Shown here: piece after piece, positions 20,057 to 30,414 of the stretch
Numbering within the stretch: position 1 is the first letter of the stretch
Layout: the number at the start of each line of letters is the position of its first letter
Assembly: GCA_965261395.1 (NCBI GenBank)
Contig: OZ253462.1
Span: 1,664,001-1,728,000 of the forward strand
Reading direction: 5' to 3'
Source: Candidatus Latescibacterota bacterium
GTDB lineage: Bacteria; Latescibacterota; UBA2968; UBA8231
Length of the DNA: 64,000 nucleotides
The notes under the pieces: model-generated
Seen by the model: only the letters and a program-made list of their open reading frames with translations
Databases searched by the model: none
Told to the model about the DNA's origin: nothing
Program-made: the position numbers and the translations under genes

Positions 20057-22147
20057 TTAGTAAACCACCGCTACGCACGCCATCCGCTCCTCGCGCTGCC
20101 GATCCGTCTCCACCGCCACTCTGACCAAATACAAACCCGGCCCGACCAACCGGCCCGATTGATCGCGGCCATCCCATAGCACCGCATGGCGACCGGCCTC
20201 CCGCCCACTTGGGCCGGCGCGCCATAGGCAACGGCCGCGCAGGTCGAACACCTCCTCCACCACCTCGGGCGCGGCCAGCACCTTTAGCAGCGTATAGCCG
20301 ATCCGCACCTCGTCGTTCACCGCGTCCCCCTGCGGCGTAAAAGCAACCGGCTCCACTTCCATTGCGGCTAGTACCGATCCCTGCGCTGCGGCCACGATCC
20401 GCAACTGATTAGTGCCCATATCCTCGCTCACATCCCCGGCCACCACCAACTAGGGAAAACCCGCTCGGCCGCGCGCAAAGACTTCGGCGGCAATCTCCCC
20501 AGCCGCGCTGTAGAGTGCCGTCTCCAGCCGCAGCCGCAGCCGCTGGACGCCGTCCCGCTGGACCGGCTGCGGTAGGTACACGACAAAACCTCCGGCCTCG
20601 GCCACGACGCTGTCGGGCGTGGTCGCCTCCCAAGGTGCACCTATCTCCAACCCGCGCAACACCCCCTCGGCTGGAGTAAAAACCCGCACGGCATCAAAGC
20701 CTGCCTGCGTATCCTCGGTAAAACGCGCCCCAATGTCGCAGACCAACTCGACGCGGCTTCCAGCGGTCACCTCAGCTACGGCCCCTTCGGGGTGCAGATC
20801 GCCGACCGCGGCCACTTCGCCCAGTACGCGCCCGGCCAACAGCGGCGCAAACTCCAACGCCAGCGAGTCGAGGCGGACAAATTCCCACAGATCCTCGGTC
20901 TCAAAACGCACTTGCATTTGGACGAAACGCCCTGGCGGCACTCGCGGCCGGTCCCCGCCCTCGCGCAGCGGAGCTGTCCAGAAACTCCAGTTGTCGGCAT
21001 CGTCTGTGACCGGCCCCTGCCAGCCGAGGGCCAACGGGTCACTGGTGAATCGGCGCACCTTCAAAAACTCGTACTCGGAGCGCGGCACTTCTATCGCCTG
21101 CCCTAGATCGTCGAAGGTATAATAGATTGTGGGCGTCTCGTCCCGCCCGCTCTTGATCGCGACCCTGACCGCAGCCGGTGCCTGCGGAGCTGGCACCAGT
21201 TCGCCCGCTTCGCGCCGCCAAGTACTCGTCTTAAACGACACCTGTCCCACATTGGCCACCTGCCCCAAGTCTATGACCCGCGATTCCCAGCGCGACCGTG
21301 GGACAAAACCGCGACCGTAAACTTCCATTTCCGCGATAGCAAAGCGAGAGTAGAAACCAGAGCCGAGCGGCGGCCCGGCCTGCGGGGACGAACCGAGGGT
21401 CATGTCGGCCTCGCCGTCGGGAAAGGGCCGGAAACGAAAAAAGCGCAGATAGCTCAGCGAAAATTCCACCTCAATAATCGAATCGAAATTTTGCTCCTCA
21501 TCGGCCAAGACGATATCCAGCGGCGCGACCGATTTGGCAAATCCGGCGATGGGGAACACCTGACCGAGATAGGTGTACGAAGCGAGGGATTTCGGCTCTT
21601 GCGTATTGACTAGTTGCTCGTCGTTGCTGGCCGTCAGCGCATAGCCTTCAAAGGCCCAGAAGGGGCGATACGGTATCTGGGTCCCCGGATCCACACCCTC
21701 CGGCGGTACCACCACAAAGCGCTCCGCCGGGACCTGACCCCCCATATCAAGGGTGTAAAAAACCTCCCCGGCCGGCATAATGACATCTACAAAGGCGGTA
21801 TTGATATCGCCGTCTATGAACTTCAGAAAGTTTTGGAACTGCAGTCCCCGCGAAGATGTGCCCGTGCCCTGCCATATCCGGGGCATACCAGAGCGCCAGA
21901 GTGGATCGACGGGTCGCCGGTAGAGCGAGCGCTCCCAGTAGGGCAATTGGGTAATTACATTCTCGTCGGGCCTTAATTCCAGCGGCTGGAGCGCGGGGGT
22001 CGCATCCTCCACCATCAGATCCAGCAGCGTCCATTCGGACCAAGGCTCGCCACCGGTGCCGCCAAAGTGCAATGTGGACACTTCCGCCACGACTTCAACG
22101 GATGCTCCCAGCAGTCCTATTAGGGCCAAGCGGCACCACAAGCCCAT
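20057..22147 (-). pseudogene. Secreted protein with C-terminal FlgD-Ig-like domain, interrupted by in-frame TAG at 20450-20452
   Basis: Signal peptide; ORFs 20450..22147 and 20057..20449 are contiguous in one frame; C-terminus FTPQGDAVND...VFDLRGR...WDGRDQSGRLVGPGLYLVRV. Confidence 0.8.
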
Positions 22148-22304
22148 ATACCGGCCTCCGACGAATCGACGCTGCGAATGCCAATAATAATGATTTCGTC
22201 ACGCAGCCGTCCATATGAGGCCCAAACACTGGACAAGAAGCGGACAGCCCGGTTTCTTTATCCGCAAGCAATATCCACCCAACCTATAAAGAAGCGCCCC
22301 TATT

Positions 22305-23399
22305 ATGACTACCGAATACATCGGCATGACCCGCGACGCCATCGACACCCCCGTCCTCTTGGTCGATCTCGACGCACTCGAATACAACATCGCCCGGCTC
22401 GCCGAGCACTTCCGCATGGCGGGCAAAAACCTCCGGCCGCACACCAAGTCGCACAAAACCCCGGCCATCGCCCACCTCCAGCTCTCAGCCGGCGCACAGG
22501 GAATCACCTGCGCCAAGGTCGGAGAGGCCGAGGTCATGGCCGACGCCGGCATCCAAGACATTCTCATTGCCAACGAAGTCGTCGGCCGCCGCAAGATCGA
22601 GCGCCTCATGGCATTGGCCGCTCGTTGCGACATTATGGTCGCGGTCGATGACCCACAAAATCTCGCCGACCTCAACGAGGCCGCCTACGCTTACAAGGTC
22701 TGCCCCCGCGTACTCGTGGAGGTCAACATCGGCCACAACCGTTGCGGCGTCGCGCCCGCCACAGTCGTCGATCTCGCCCGCGCGGCCTCCCAAGCACCGC
22801 ACCTTCGCTTCTGCGGCCTGATGGGCTACGAAGGCCACATCATCGACCTCGAAGACAAAGCCGCCCGCGACGACGGTGCCTCCACCTGCCTCCAGCGCCT
22901 CGTCGATGCCCGCGACGACGTGGAACGCGCCGGCCTCGACTGCCCGATTTGCAGCGCCTCGGGCACGGGCGATTACTACATCAGCACCTCCTACGACGGC
23001 ATTACCGAGGTCCAAGCCGGCTCGTACGCGCTGATGGACGCGGCGTACGCCAAGCTGGACTTGGGCTTCAAAAACGCCCTCAGCGTGCTGACCACCGTTA
23101 CCAGCCGCCCCGCGCCCGGGCAGGTCATCACCGACGCCGGCCTCAAGAGTCTAACACCCGAACACGGCTTCCCCCTCGTCAAGGATCGCCCCGACTTGGA
23201 ATGCCATGCCCTCTCCGAAGAGCACGGCCGCCTCAAGACCCTAGCTGGCCCCTGCACCGATCTCCACCCCGGCGACCTGCTCGAATTTATCCCCGGCCAC
23301 GGCTGCACCACCGTCAACCTCCACGACCGCCTCTACGCGCTGCGCGCAGGTCGATTGGAGGCAATTTGGGAAATCGCTGGCCGCGGCAAAGTCCGCTAA
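22305..23399 (+). CDS. DSD1/D-threonine aldolase family PLP-dependent enzyme
   Basis: IDTPVLLVDLD, LRPHTKSHK, GLMGYEGH, DAGLKS, LSEEHG, HGCTTVNLHD. Confidence 0.92.
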   Translation: MTTEYIGMTRDAIDTPVLLVDLDALEYNIARLAEHFRMAGKNLRPHTKSHKTPAIAHLQLSAGAQGITCAKVGEAEVMADAGIQDILIANEVVGRRKIERLMALAARCDIMVAVDDPQNLADLNEAAYAYKVCPRVLVEVNIGHNRCGVAPATVVDLARAASQAPHLRFCGLMGYEGHIIDLEDKAARDDGASTCLQRLVDARDDVERAGLDCPICSASGTGDYYISTSYDGITEVQAGSYALMDAAYAKLDLGFKNALSVLTTVTSRPAPGQVITDAGLKSLTPEHGFPLVKDRPDLECHALSEEHGRLKTLAGPCTDLHPGDLLEFIPGHGCTTVNLHDRLYALRAGRLEAIWEIAGRGKVR

Positions 23400-23421
23400 C
23401 CACCCAAGAAGCTGCTGTTGT

Positions 23422-24951
23422 TCATCGTCTCTTCCTAGCCACCGCGGATTCCCAGCTAAGGTTGCGGGACCGATACTGCATCAGCACGCTGCGCCGGTCC
23501 TGCTCGCCCATCCACGGATAGGCACCATGGGTCTGAGCACCGGCGAGAAAAATAAGTAGGTCCCCCGCTTCCATGCCGATGTGTCGAATCATGTCCATAT
23601 CGCGATCGGCGGACAGCACCCCTTTGGGTATGGGATAGACCCCCTTGTGGCTGCCCGGAATACAACAGAAACCGCCGTCGGCCGCCGGCACATCCCGCAA
23701 CTGCCAGGCGACGTTGATATACTCGCTATAACAGCGGCCATTGCGAAAGGTGTAGTGATTGGTCTCGGACGGGGTGACGCCGCTGGCATGCAGGTGGACC
23801 CCCGCCCCGCCGCGCTTACTGCAGAGGACTTCGCACTTGGTCACCTCGTAGCCGCTGCCCATCATCCAGTTGAGGCGTTTGATAATCTCCGGATGGGCAA
23901 TCATCCGCCGAAACGGTTCGCCGTGAGGCTGGGGCAGACTCCACGCATCCTCGAGCTTCGACCGATGCGTCCCCCGCAGACGAACGCAATCCGGCTCCCC
24001 CTCCGTCGATACCGTATCGATCCAATCCGCGTTGGCGTCGATCGCCTCGTTGGCCGCGGCCAACGAGGCGGCGTCCATCGCTCCCTTGACCACCAGATGG
24101 CCACACAGATCCCAGTAGTAAAACTCCTTATCGTCGATCGACGGATCGGGATTGCGGATATAGATCGAGGGGTGATAGATATCCGGCTCCGGTTCCAGAC
24201 GGCTGGTCTCACCGTCCGCCCGCACGACTACCGGAGCGCCGCTGCGTTGGGGATCGTGCAATACCGCTCGTTCCGCCGCCGGCAGATCTCCCGCCCACTC
24301 GTAGCAGTCGTCCGCGTCCAAATTGGACCAGTCGTGGGGTCTAACGTGCTTGTTGACGAATCCGTACGCCAGCGTCCGCTGCGGTTCGGTTCCACGCCAT
24401 GCCCGCACCCCGCGCACCAAGGCATCGGCGCAGAGCAAGAGGTCTCCAGCCTGTAGCCTCGGCTGCTCCGGCAGGTCCATATCGTCGGCACCGGTCAGCA
24501 CCGCCTCCGGTGTTTCCACCTCACTGTTATGGCTGGCCGGAATCAGCACTAGGCCGCCATCGCCCGGGCCGACATCGTGCAGCACCCACAACGCGGCCAG
24601 CCCCTGACAGTGGCGGACGCCGTTGCGGTGAAAATAGGCCCGCGACCAGTCCATCCACTCGCTGCCGCCGCTCAGCCGATCATCAGCCTTCCCGCCCGCC
24701 CCCAGCAACGTCGGTCCCGTGTCCGGTCGATAGCCCTCCCCGCACAAGGCCTCCGCATAGCTAGCCAAGACCGGGTGGTCGCGTAGTTGCAGCAACGGGT
24801 CGCAGGCTCCGGCCATAGGCAGCAGGTCTCCGTCGCCGTCAAGCATCTGGTCGATCGCTTTGTTGTACGTGGCCAATTCACCCGGCGACAGGACGCCACG
24901 CACGACAATGAAGCCGGAAATATCGAATCGGTAGCTTTCTTCGTCGTTCAT
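23422..24951 (-). CDS. Tandem two-domain PhyH family protein
   Basis: Start MNDEESYRFDISGF at 24951; two repeats (LIPASHN / CIPGSHK); second domain LHASG...THGA. Confidence 0.85.
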   Translation of the reverse strand: MNDEESYRFDISGFIVVRGVLSPGELATYNKAIDQMLDGDGDLLPMAGACDPLLQLRDHPVLASYAEALCGEGYRPDTGPTLLGAGGKADDRLSGGSEWMDWSRAYFHRNGVRHCQGLAALWVLHDVGPGDGGLVLIPASHNSEVETPEAVLTGADDMDLPEQPRLQAGDLLLCADALVRGVRAWRGTEPQRTLAYGFVNKHVRPHDWSNLDADDCYEWAGDLPAAERAVLHDPQRSGAPVVVRADGETSRLEPEPDIYHPSIYIRNPDPSIDDKEFYYWDLCGHLVVKGAMDAASLAAANEAIDANADWIDTVSTEGEPDCVRLRGTHRSKLEDAWSLPQPHGEPFRRMIAHPEIIKRLNWMMGSGYEVTKCEVLCSKRGGAGVHLHASGVTPSETNHYTFRNGRCYSEYINVAWQLRDVPAADGGFCCIPGSHKGVYPIPKGVLSADRDMDMIRHIGMEAGDLLIFLAGAQTHGAYPWMGEQDRRSVLMQYRSRNLSWESAVARKRR

Positions 24952-25238
24952 AAAGCATGTCTCCGGGTCCTGGGTTGGTGGTGATCTTACGATAGTATGT
25001 AAAAGACCGCCCTCCTTATATAACATGGCTCCTGAATAGGGTAATTTAGACCTACTGTACTGGCTGCTCAACACGTGCTCAAAGGATATGTCGCTTATAC
25101 TTATACTTTCGACGATTGGGAGGTCCCGGCCAAACGGCACCATATCCTTTATTGAGTCCTGCAAATATAAAGGAATATTTTACAGTTTAAGACCGGCCAA
25201 CACCCAGATTCGGTCAAACACCTACTTGAGGAAGAGCA

Positions 25239-26291
25239 ATGGAAAATTTGACTAAACGCACCCTGAGTCGCATAGACGAGCTCGTCGAGGAGCACGCTTT
25301 CTCCGGCGTCGTCCGTGTCCGGCGACATGGCCAGCCGATGTATGAGAGATCTGCAGGGTTTGCCGACCGCGCCAACTCCATCGCTAACACCGCAGAGACG
25401 CGCTTTGGAATCGCTTCTGGAACGAAGCTGCTGACGGCATTGACCGTGGGGCGTCTCATCGACGCGGGTCGGCTGGCATTGACTACTCAAGTGCGCGACT
25501 GCATCTCAGTGGAGCTGCCGGATTACTCAGCGGCCATCACCATCCAGCATCTGCTTACCCACACCTCCGGGATTCCCGACTATTACGACGAGGAGCTCAT
25601 CGAGGATTTCGACAATTTCACCGTCGCCATCCCTTGGTACGAGTTAAGAGGTCCGAAGGACTATCTGCCGGTGTTCCCACAACGGGAGATGAAGTTCGCA
25701 CCGGGGGAAGGGTTCTCGTACTGCAACGGCGGTTACATCCTGCTAGGTGTAGTGGTGGAAGAGGTAACAGGGAAGCGCTTTCAAGACGTCGTCGCCGAGG
25801 AGATCCTCAGGCCAGCAAGAATGGATCGCTCTGGATTCTTTGCCATGAACCAACTACCGGAATGCACGGCCCTCGGCTACATCGAAGACGGAGAGAGCTG
25901 GCGGACGAACATCTACAACCTGCCCATCGTCGGTGCCTCGGACGGCGGTTTGTTTTCGACGCTGGCAGACATCACGGCTCTCTGGGACGGATTCTGGAAC
26001 GGCAAGATCGTCTCCGAGGAATTGGTGCGTACCTTCAGTGCGCCTTTCTCCGGTGCCAGCGACGGCGATTCCAGTCTCCACTACGGACACGGAATGTGGA
26101 TTCGCAGACGCGCAGACGGAACTCTCCAGCACTATATCATGGGAGCGGATGCCGGTATCTCCTTCAAGTCTGCCGTCGACTGTCAGCGGCAGTTGGACTA
26201 CGCGGTTCTCTCGAACACTTCCGAGGGCGCGTGGCCGATTGCAAGGGCTATCGACGACGTTCTCGGAAAAGAGGATGGGGACCCTAGCTGA
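25239..26291 (+). CDS. Serine hydrolase, beta-lactamase class C-like
   Basis: ASGTK (SxxK), LLTHTSG, FSYCNGGY. Confidence 0.92.
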   Translation: MENLTKRTLSRIDELVEEHAFSGVVRVRRHGQPMYERSAGFADRANSIANTAETRFGIASGTKLLTALTVGRLIDAGRLALTTQVRDCISVELPDYSAAITIQHLLTHTSGIPDYYDEELIEDFDNFTVAIPWYELRGPKDYLPVFPQREMKFAPGEGFSYCNGGYILLGVVVEEVTGKRFQDVVAEEILRPARMDRSGFFAMNQLPECTALGYIEDGESWRTNIYNLPIVGASDGGLFSTLADITALWDGFWNGKIVSEELVRTFSAPFSGASDGDSSLHYGHGMWIRRRADGTLQHYIMGADAGISFKSAVDCQRQLDYAVLSNTSEGAWPIARAIDDVLGKEDGDPS

Positions 26292-27054
26292 GCATGGCGC
26301 GTTCTTCGTCGCTCATGTCGAGGATGTAATCGGGGGCTTGCGTCTGATGGTAGCCGGGCGCGTGGGCTTGGAAAGATGGACTGTACTTGTAGATCAGCGA
26401 GCGGCGCTGGTGTTGGCCCTGCCATACTAGGGTGCCGTGGGTCAGTGCTTCGGTGAAGATAATGGCGTCGCCGGCTTGGCTGTGGACCTCCTTGACGTAC
26501 TCGCGGTGTTCTTCGTATAGGGACAGCTTCTCGGGCAGGGGAAAATTGGCTTTGTGGGATCCGGGTATGACCGCTAGGCCGCCGTCGCCGGGGCCTTCGT
26601 CGGCTAGCTGGAATTCGACCACGGTCAAGCCGCAAAACATCTGGCCGAATTTGAAGGTGTAGGTCTGCGAGAAGTCTTGGCGCTCAACGCCGCCGCCGTG
26701 CAGCAAGTGGCCGCCGTCACCTTTGTCCATGGCAATGAGCAAGGGACCGTGATCTAGGCGATAGCCGCCGCCGAGCAACTCGTTGAGATAGGGCTGGATC
26801 ACGGCGTGGACGAGTAGGTCGCGAAAAGGCTCGCAGTGCGGGCGCTCCCATTCCAACATGCCCTCCATCCACTTTTGCTTGTTCGTGCCGCCGAGAACCT
26901 TGGAGTTTCCTTCGAGGGTGCGCTCGGTCTGGAAAAAGCGATCGGCGTGGGCGTCGATGGCGGCGTTGCAGCGATCCACTTCCTCCTGGCTCAGCACCCC
27001 CTTGAGGTGGACGAAGCCTTTGAGGTCGAAGAAGAATTTATCGTCGTCTGTCAT
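26284..27054 (-). CDS. PhyH family Fe(II)/2OG enzyme, HxG variant
   Basis: FFFDLKGFVHL, LHGGG, VIPGSHK, AGD...THGT. Confidence 0.88.
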   Translation of the reverse strand: MTDDDKFFFDLKGFVHLKGVLSQEEVDRCNAAIDAHADRFFQTERTLEGNSKVLGGTNKQKWMEGMLEWERPHCEPFRDLLVHAVIQPYLNELLGGGYRLDHGPLLIAMDKGDGGHLLHGGGVERQDFSQTYTFKFGQMFCGLTVVEFQLADEGPGDGGLAVIPGSHKANFPLPEKLSLYEEHREYVKEVHSQAGDAIIFTEALTHGTLVWQGQHQRRSLIYKYSPSFQAHAPGYHQTQAPDYILDMSDEERAMLS

Positions 27055-27332
27055 ACGCCAATTTCCCGTAAACAGTGGGACCAGGTGTCGATCTGATCGA
27101 GGGGAAAGCGCTTGCGGATCAGGCCGATGCCAAAGCGGATGCGGAGGTGTTCGGTGTCAATCTCGACCGTCAGGCTGAAGAACAGGGCCAAGAGCACCAC
27201 CAGACTGCCCAAGATCAGCCAAGCGACGGTGGCTGTTCCGGCCAGCCACGCGGGCAGGGCGGCCAGCGGCATGACGGCGATCGTGGTGATGACGGTGACC
27301 GTGCCAAACTGGGTGTGGCGATAGGCGCTCAC
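27051..27332 (-). CDS. Small two-TM membrane protein, probably C-terminally truncated
   Basis: GTG start overlaps upstream stop (GTGA); YRHTQFG, two hydrophobic helices, SLTVEID...IRFGIGLIRKRFPL then an abrupt end. Confidence 0.55.
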   Translation of the reverse strand: MSAYRHTQFGTVTVITTIAVMPLAALPAWLAGTATVAWLILGSLVVLLALFFSLTVEIDTEHLRIRFGIGLIRKRFPLDQIDTWSHCLREIGV

Positions 27333-27739
27333 AGCATCTGCTCCTGCCAGGGTTTGATCCACAGGCCCACCAACTTGCCGTCCCGGTCGAGGACGACGCG
27401 CACTTCGGGCGCTTGGGACGCGGCTCCGTACCGGCCTCTGAAGCGGTGGATCAGCAGATGCGGCTGGTTTTCTATGGAGTGGGTCTCGACGAAGTCCAAG
27501 CCCTCAAAGGTGCCAAAGAGCTGCCGGATTTGTTGGTAGCTGTGGCGCTGGATTTCTGCGGTGAAAGCCTTGCGAAAGCTCTCGGTGGCTTCTGGCCCCA
27601 AGGCTTCAAAGCGACCCTGCTCGTGGGCTTGGAGGATCTGGGTGGCCAGTTGTGCGGCCAGATGGTGTTGTTCGGACTGGACGGGTGCGCTAGCAATGGT
27701 CTGGGGGGCTGAGGTCGTGCGGGTGTGGGGAGCGTCCAT
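27329..27739 (-). CDS. Hypothetical protein (DUF3887-like)
   Basis: QIRQLFGTF...EVRVVLDRDGKLVGLWIKP; stop overlaps next start. Confidence 0.6.
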   Translation of the reverse strand: MDAPHTRTTSAPQTIASAPVQSEQHHLAAQLATQILQAHEQGRFEALGPEATESFRKAFTAEIQRHSYQQIRQLFGTFEGLDFVETHSIENQPHLLIHRFRGRYGAASQAPEVRVVLDRDGKLVGLWIKPWQEQML

Positions 27740-27950
27740 GGCGAGCTTCTTTCTATGCAATGCGCGTCCCTAATTGTAATGAATGGCGAGCTATATGTCG
27801 CGTCCCGGAAGCAACTTGGTGAATAGTACTTATTTATTGATTCATTTGCTAATATTTGACGATATACGGTGAATAAGTGCATGTAGCGCACCAGAGCTAA
27901 GGTCTGATGCTGGCTCGCTCACTGGGACAACAGTCTGGAGAGGAGCAATT

Positions 27951-28769
27951 ATGGACGAACTCGCACTGGCGGAGGATTTCCAGTTCGACGCGCAGGGTTT
28001 TCTCATGCTGCGGAATGTCTTTGACGCCGAGGGCTGTCGGCGCTATCTCGAAGAACTTGAGCGGCTGTTCGCGCGCCAGTACGAAGACCCTTGGCTGCGC
28101 GACGGGGTTCGCGGGCAGACGACGGTCCAGATCGCCGAAGGTCAGCGGCGGGTCAACGGCTTGCCACTGTGGACGGAAGTGTTCGATGAGGTCATCAGCT
28201 TTGCGCCGGCGGTGGAGCGCCTGCGGCGCTGGATGCAGCATCCCCAACTCGTCAACACTTGGGCTATCGACAAGACGGAGGGCACGCCTTGGGGTGGGTG
28301 GCACCGGGGGTTAAATCCAGACGATTACACGGTGCGTAGAGGGACGATCCGCACGCGCATGTTGAACTGTGTGTACTTTCTGACGGACAACGATGAGGAA
28401 GACGGCTGCTTAGCGGTGGTGCCCGGCGCACACAAGTCGGAGATCGACTTGCCCATGGCCGAGTACCGGGGCCGCGATTTGCCCGGGGCCGTGCGGGTCA
28501 CCGGCAAGGCAGGGGATATGGTCATGTTCTCGGAGACGCTGCTTCACACTGGCGCGGCAAAGAGTTCATCCCGCCAGCGCACGAACCTCTATTTCAATTA
28601 CATCGACGCCACCTACAACCCGGCGATGCGAGAACTGCTGGCCGGGAACCAAGGCAACGTCAACCACTACGTGTTCCCACCAAAGGTGCGCTCTCGCTTC
28701 GACGCAACCCAGCGCGAGCTTACCGAGTGGATGGAGTGGCAGCGCACGGCACCGGCGTCGAGCGGCTAG
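27951..28769 (+). CDS. PhyH family Fe(II)/2OG enzyme, HxG variant
   Basis: GAGGAG RBS; FQFDAQGFLML, WHRGL, VVPGAHK, AGD...LHTG. Confidence 0.88.
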   Translation: MDELALAEDFQFDAQGFLMLRNVFDAEGCRRYLEELERLFARQYEDPWLRDGVRGQTTVQIAEGQRRVNGLPLWTEVFDEVISFAPAVERLRRWMQHPQLVNTWAIDKTEGTPWGGWHRGLNPDDYTVRRGTIRTRMLNCVYFLTDNDEEDGCLAVVPGAHKSEIDLPMAEYRGRDLPGAVRVTGKAGDMVMFSETLLHTGAAKSSSRQRTNLYFNYIDATYNPAMRELLAGNQGNVNHYVFPPKVRSRFDATQRELTEWMEWQRTAPASSG

Positions 28770-28820
28770 GCGAGATACGCGCGGAAGCAAGCGATTAAAC
28801 GGGAGATAAAGGAGAATCAC

Positions 28821-30200
28821 TTGACCAATACACCCTCTTCCTCGCCAGAGGAAGTCTTGGCCGAAGGGGAAGTGCAGGAGCGACGAGACGTTCTTCGGCG
28901 CACGGTCCAAGAAGCCTTTGCGGCCGAGGATCTGGGCACCCTGCGTCTCATCCTCAACGATCATCATCCTGCGGACTTGGCCGATTTGTTCCGCCACCTA
29001 GACGACGATGAGCAACCCGTAGCATTGCAGGCCTTGGCCGAGCCGCTGGCCGCCGCGGTCTTGGCCGAGATGGACGCGGATGTCCTGCGCGACGTGGCCG
29101 AAGATCTGCCCGCGGACGATTTGTCGGGACTGGTCGATGAAATGGCCCCCGACGATGCGGCCGATGTCTTGGGCGACCTGTCCGAGGAGCAGAGTGCCGA
29201 AGTTCTCGATTTGCTCGAGGGCGAGGAAGCGGGTCAGGTGCGCGAGTTGTTGGCCCATCCCGAGGATACGGCCGGCGGGCTGATGACCTCGCGTTTTATC
29301 GCCGTGTCCGAGGATCTAAGCGCAGCCCAAGCCATAGAGCAGGTGCGGGCTTGGGCCGAAGACGAAGATGAGGTGTTCTATCTCTATTTGACCGACCAAG
29401 AGGGGATGCTGAGTGGCTTGGTGCCGCTCAAGCGGTTGTTGTTGGCCCCGGCCGATGCCCCGGTTGGCACCTTGGCCAAGCGCAATCCGATCACGGTGCG
29501 GAGCGATATGGACCAAGAGGAGATCGCCTATATCTTCGCCGAGTACGATCTGTTGGTATTGCCGGTGGTCGATGATGCAGGGCGCTTGGTAGGCGTGGTG
29601 ACCGTGGACGACATCTTCGACGTCATCGAAGAGGAGACCACCGAGGATATGTACGAGATGGCGGCCATTCCCTCGGAAGAGCGCACGGATCGCTCGGCTG
29701 CGGGCGTGGTGCGTCTGCGGCTGCCTTGGCTGTTGGTTTGCTTGGGGGGGACTCTGCTTGCGGGCGCGGTGATCGAGGGTTTTGCCGATACGCTCGCCAC
29801 GGCGCTTGCCCTGTCTTTTTTCGTGCCCGCGGTCATGGCTATGGGCGGCAATACGGGTATCCAAACTGCCACGGTGACTGTGCGGAGCTTGGCTATTGGC
29901 CGGGGGCAATGGGGCTTGGTGGGCCGCGAACTGCGGGTGGCTTTGGGTATGGGGGTTATTCTGGGCGTTTTGTCTTGGGGCGTGGCTAGCTGGTGGACCG
30001 GCGATGTACTCTTGGGGGGATGCGTCGGCTTGGCGATGGGAGCGGCGGTGATACTGGCGGCGGTGATGGGTGCTGTGGTGCCTTTGGTTTTTCGCCGCCT
30101 CGGGATTGATCCGGCCGTGGCTTCGGGGCCGCTGATCACGACGATCAACGACGGCTTGTCGCTGCTGCTCTATTTTGGGATTGCTGCGTTTTTCTTGTAG
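28821..30200 (+). CDS. mgtE: Magnesium transporter MgtE
   Basis: HPADLAD N-domain, PEDTAGGLMT CBS pair, RLPWL, GGNTGIQT, DPAVASGPLITTIND. Confidence 0.95.
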   Translation: MTNTPSSSPEEVLAEGEVQERRDVLRRTVQEAFAAEDLGTLRLILNDHHPADLADLFRHLDDDEQPVALQALAEPLAAAVLAEMDADVLRDVAEDLPADDLSGLVDEMAPDDAADVLGDLSEEQSAEVLDLLEGEEAGQVRELLAHPEDTAGGLMTSRFIAVSEDLSAAQAIEQVRAWAEDEDEVFYLYLTDQEGMLSGLVPLKRLLLAPADAPVGTLAKRNPITVRSDMDQEEIAYIFAEYDLLVLPVVDDAGRLVGVVTVDDIFDVIEEETTEDMYEMAAIPSEERTDRSAAGVVRLRLPWLLVCLGGTLLAGAVIEGFADTLATALALSFFVPAVMAMGGNTGIQTATVTVRSLAIGRGQWGLVGRELRVALGMGVILGVLSWGVASWWTGDVLLGGCVGLAMGAAVILAAVMGAVVPLVFRRLGIDPAVASGPLITTINDGLSLLLYFGIAAFFL

Positions 30201-30276
30201 GGGTGGGGGTGAGGGGGCGTATTCTCCCACTTAGTAGCGGGTTGATCCTGATACGTACCAAAAGGCAATAAGACCG

Positions 30277-30414
30277 TGGAGTTGTCCCGATTTCGTCGAC
30301 ACCCTTTACTTGAGCAAAGGAGGAGGTCCTAGCATGCCGAAATCTCATGTCCCGTACCCGCTGGAACTCTGGAAACAGAAGGTTGAGCTCGTAAAGGCAA
30401 GTCGTAGCCCATGA
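30277..30414 (+). mobile_element. IS3-family left-end remnant (IR + first 26 codons of orfA)
   Basis: TGGAGTTGTCCCGATTTCGTCGACACC IR-like end, AGGAGG RBS, ATG 30334 MPKSHVPYPLELWKQKVELVKASRSP* resembling IS3 OrfA N-termini. Confidence 0.65.

Noticed and set aside
20450-20452. Genome-wide TAG recoding or pyrrolysine
   Set aside because: TAG ends many genes at expected family C-termini (e.g. 12439, 14473, 30200, 46308); no pyl genes seen
720-23420. Window-wide integron cassette array (ATTAGGC near 737, GCCTAAC at 11490, GCATAAC near 20033, GCTAAC near 23395)
   Set aside because: Only isolated half-sites without partner boxes; genes alternate strand; no integrase
24952-25164. 71-aa N-terminal extension of the tandem PhyH ORF
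   Set aside because: AT-rich divergent intergenic DNA; family-like sequence starts at 24951
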